Source: Squalus acanthias
Taxonomy: Eukaryota
Assembly (NCBI GenBank): GCA_030390025.1
Contig: JASTWF010000323.1
Span: forward strand, 372,001 to 436,000
Length of the DNA stretch: 64,000 nt
Direction: 5' to 3'
Part shown: in pieces, positions 61,365-64,000 of the stretch
Numbering within the stretch: the stretch's first letter is position 1
How the letters are laid out: each line of letters begins with the position of its first letter
The notes under the pieces: generated by a model
Database searches by the model: none
What the model was told of the DNA's origin: nothing
The model's input: the letters and a program-made list of their open reading frames with translations, nothing else
Program-made: the position numbers and the translations under genes

Positions 61365-64000
61365 TAATTACAGTCCAGCACACACAGAAATACTCTCCCC
61401 TCACCAGCTTACAGTCCAACACCCCCAGATAACCACTCCCCACACCAGCTTACAGCCCAACACCCCCAGATAACCTCTCCCCACACCAGCTTACAGCCCA
61501 ACTACCCCAGATAACCTCTCCCCTCACCAGCTTACAGTCCAACACACCCAGATAACGTCTCCCCACACCAGCTTACAGCCCAACACCCCCAGATAACCTC
61601 TCCCCTCACCAGCTTACAGTCCAACACCCCCAGATAACCTCTCCCCTCACCAGCTTACAGTCCAACACCCCAGATACCTCTCCCCTCACCAGCTTACAGT
61701 CCAACACCCCAGATAACTCTCCCCTCACCTGCTTACAGTCCAACACCCCAGATAACATCTCCCCTCACCAGCTTACAGTCCAACATCCCCAGATAACCTC
61801 TCCCCTCACCAGCTTACAGTCCAACACCCCCCAGATAAACGTCTCCCCTCACCAGCTTACAGTCCAACACCCCCAGATAACCTCTCCCCTCACCAGCTTA
61901 CAGTCCAACACCCCAGATAACCTCTCCCCTCACCAGCTTACAGTCCAACAGCCCCAGAAAACCTCTCCCCTCACCAGCTTACAGTCCAATACCCCCAGAT
62001 AAACTCACCCCACACCAGCTTACAGTCCAACACCCTCAGATAACCTCTCCCCTCACCAGCTTACAGTCCAACACCCCCAGATAACCTCTCCCCTCAGCAG
62101 CTTACAGTCCAACACCCCCAGATTACGTCTCCCCACAACAGCTTACAGTCCAACACCCTCAGATAACCTCTCCCCTCACCAACTTACAGTCGAACACCCC
62201 CAGATAACCTCTCCCCTCACCAGCTTACAGTCCAACACCCCCAGATAACCTCTCCCCTCCCAGCTTACAGCCCAACACCCCCAGATAACATCTCCCCTCA
62301 CCAGCTTACAGCCCAACACCCCCAGATAACCTCTCCCCACACCAGTTTACAGTCCAACACCGCCAGATAACCTCTCCCCTCACCAACTTACAGTCCAACA
62401 CCCCCAGATAACCTCTCCCCTCACCAGCTTACAGTCCAACACCCCCAGATAGCCTCTCCCCACACCAGTTTACAGTCCAACACCCCCAGATAACCTCTCC
62501 CCTCACCAGCTTACAGTCCAACACCCCCAGATAACCTCTCCCCTCACCAGCTTACAGCATAACACCCCCAGATAACCTCTCCCCTCACCAGTTTTCAGTC
62601 CAACTTCCCCAGATAACCTCTCCCCTCACCAGCTTACCGTCCAATACCACCAGATAAACTCTCCCCACACCAGCTTACAGTCCAACACCCTCAGATAACC
62701 TCTCCCCTCACCAGCTTACAGTCCAACACCGCCAGATAACATCTCCCCTCACCAGCTTACAGTCCAACACCCTCAGATAACCCTTCCCCTCACCAGCTTA
62801 CAGCATAACACCCCCAGATAACCTCTCCCCTCACCAGTTTTCATTCCAACTTCCCCAGATAACCTCTCCCCTCACCAGCTTACCGTCCAATACCACCAGA
62901 TAAACTCTCCCCAAACCAGCTTACAGTCCAACACCCTCAGATAACATCTCCCCTCACCAGCTTACAGTCCAACACCCTCAGATAACCCTTCCCCTCACCA
63001 GCTTACAGTCCAACACCGCCAGATAACCTCTCCCCTCAGCAGCTTACAGTCCAACACCCTCAGATAACCTCTCCCCTCACCAGCTTACAGTCCAACACCC
63101 CCAGATAAACTCTCCCCACACCAGCTTATATTCCAACATCCCCAGAAAACCTCTCCCCTCACCAGCTTACAGTCCAACACGCCCAGATAACCTCTCCCCT
63201 CACCAGCCTACAGTCCAACACCCCCAGAAAGCCTCTCCCCTCATCACCTTACATTCCAACACGCCCAGAAAACCTCTCCCCACACCAGCTTAAAGTCCAA
63301 CACCACCAGATAACCTCTCCCCTCACCAGCTTACAGACCAACACCCCCAGACAACCTCTCCCCACACCAGCTTACAGTCCAACATCCCCAGATAACCTCT
63401 CCCCACACCAGCTTACAGTCCAACATCCCCAGATAACCTCTCCCCTCACCAGCTTACAGTCCAACATCCCAAGATAACCTCTGCCCTCACCAGCTTACAG
63501 TCCAACACCCCAGATAACCTCTCCCCGCAGCAGCTTACAGTCCAACACCACCAGATAACATCTCCCCGTATCATTTTACAGTCCAACATCCCCAGATAAC
63601 CTCTCCCCTCACCAGCTTACAGTCCAACATCCCAAGATAACCTCTCCCCACACCAGCTTACAGTCCAACACCACCAGATAACCTCTCCCCTCACCAGCTT
63701 ACAGTCCAACACCCCCAGACAACCTCTCCCCACACCAGCTTACAGTCCAACATCCCCAGATAACCTCTCCCCTCACCAGCTTACAGTCCAACATCCCAAG
63801 ATAACCTCTCCCCTCACCAGCTTACAGTCCAACACCCCCAGATAACCTCTCCCCCTATCATATTACAGTCCAACATCCCAAGATAACCTCTCCCCACACC
63901 AGCTTACAGTCCAACACCGCCAGATAACCTCTCCCCCTATCATTTTACAGTCCAACATCCCCAGACAAACTCTCCCCTCACCAGCTTACAGTCCAACACC
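61365..64000. repeat. 41-bp minisatellite (ccagataacctctcccctcaccagcttacagtccaacaccc), runs off the window
   Basis: More than 60 homogeneous tandem copies. Confidence 0.95.

Overview
Eukaryotic, repeat-saturated vertebrate DNA, most likely a cartilaginous fish (shark). This is inferred from HER1-like CR1 LINE tails, a Deu-domain SINE tail and a two-exon GPR139-like receptor. Two host genes can be reconstructed by splice-site reading. (1) The 3' part of a + strand gene (12 coding exons, 1617-20290) encodes a uromodulin/GP2-type D8C domain, a Ser/Thr/Pro/Glu-rich stalk built from seven tandemly duplicated 96-nt phase-1 exon cassettes plus one diverged 90-nt exon, and a short C-terminal module ending in a basic tail, with no ZP domain or membrane anchor downstream of D8C. 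(2) An intact two-exon class A GPCR (GPR139-like) lies on the - strand (58825-49725). Between them are a CpG-rich promoter-like region split by LINE insertions, several kb-scale minisatellites, a cluster of five degenerate tRNA genes (Thr, His, Pro, Val, intron-type Ile) and a decayed endogenous retrovirus (RT thumb/connection, RNase H, integrase, and an env lacking the gamma-type motif) interrupted by two young CR1 insertions. Most long ORFs in the six-frame track are LINE reverse transcriptase or minisatellite artefacts. Repeat boundaries are approximate; exon and tRNA coordinates were counted by hand.
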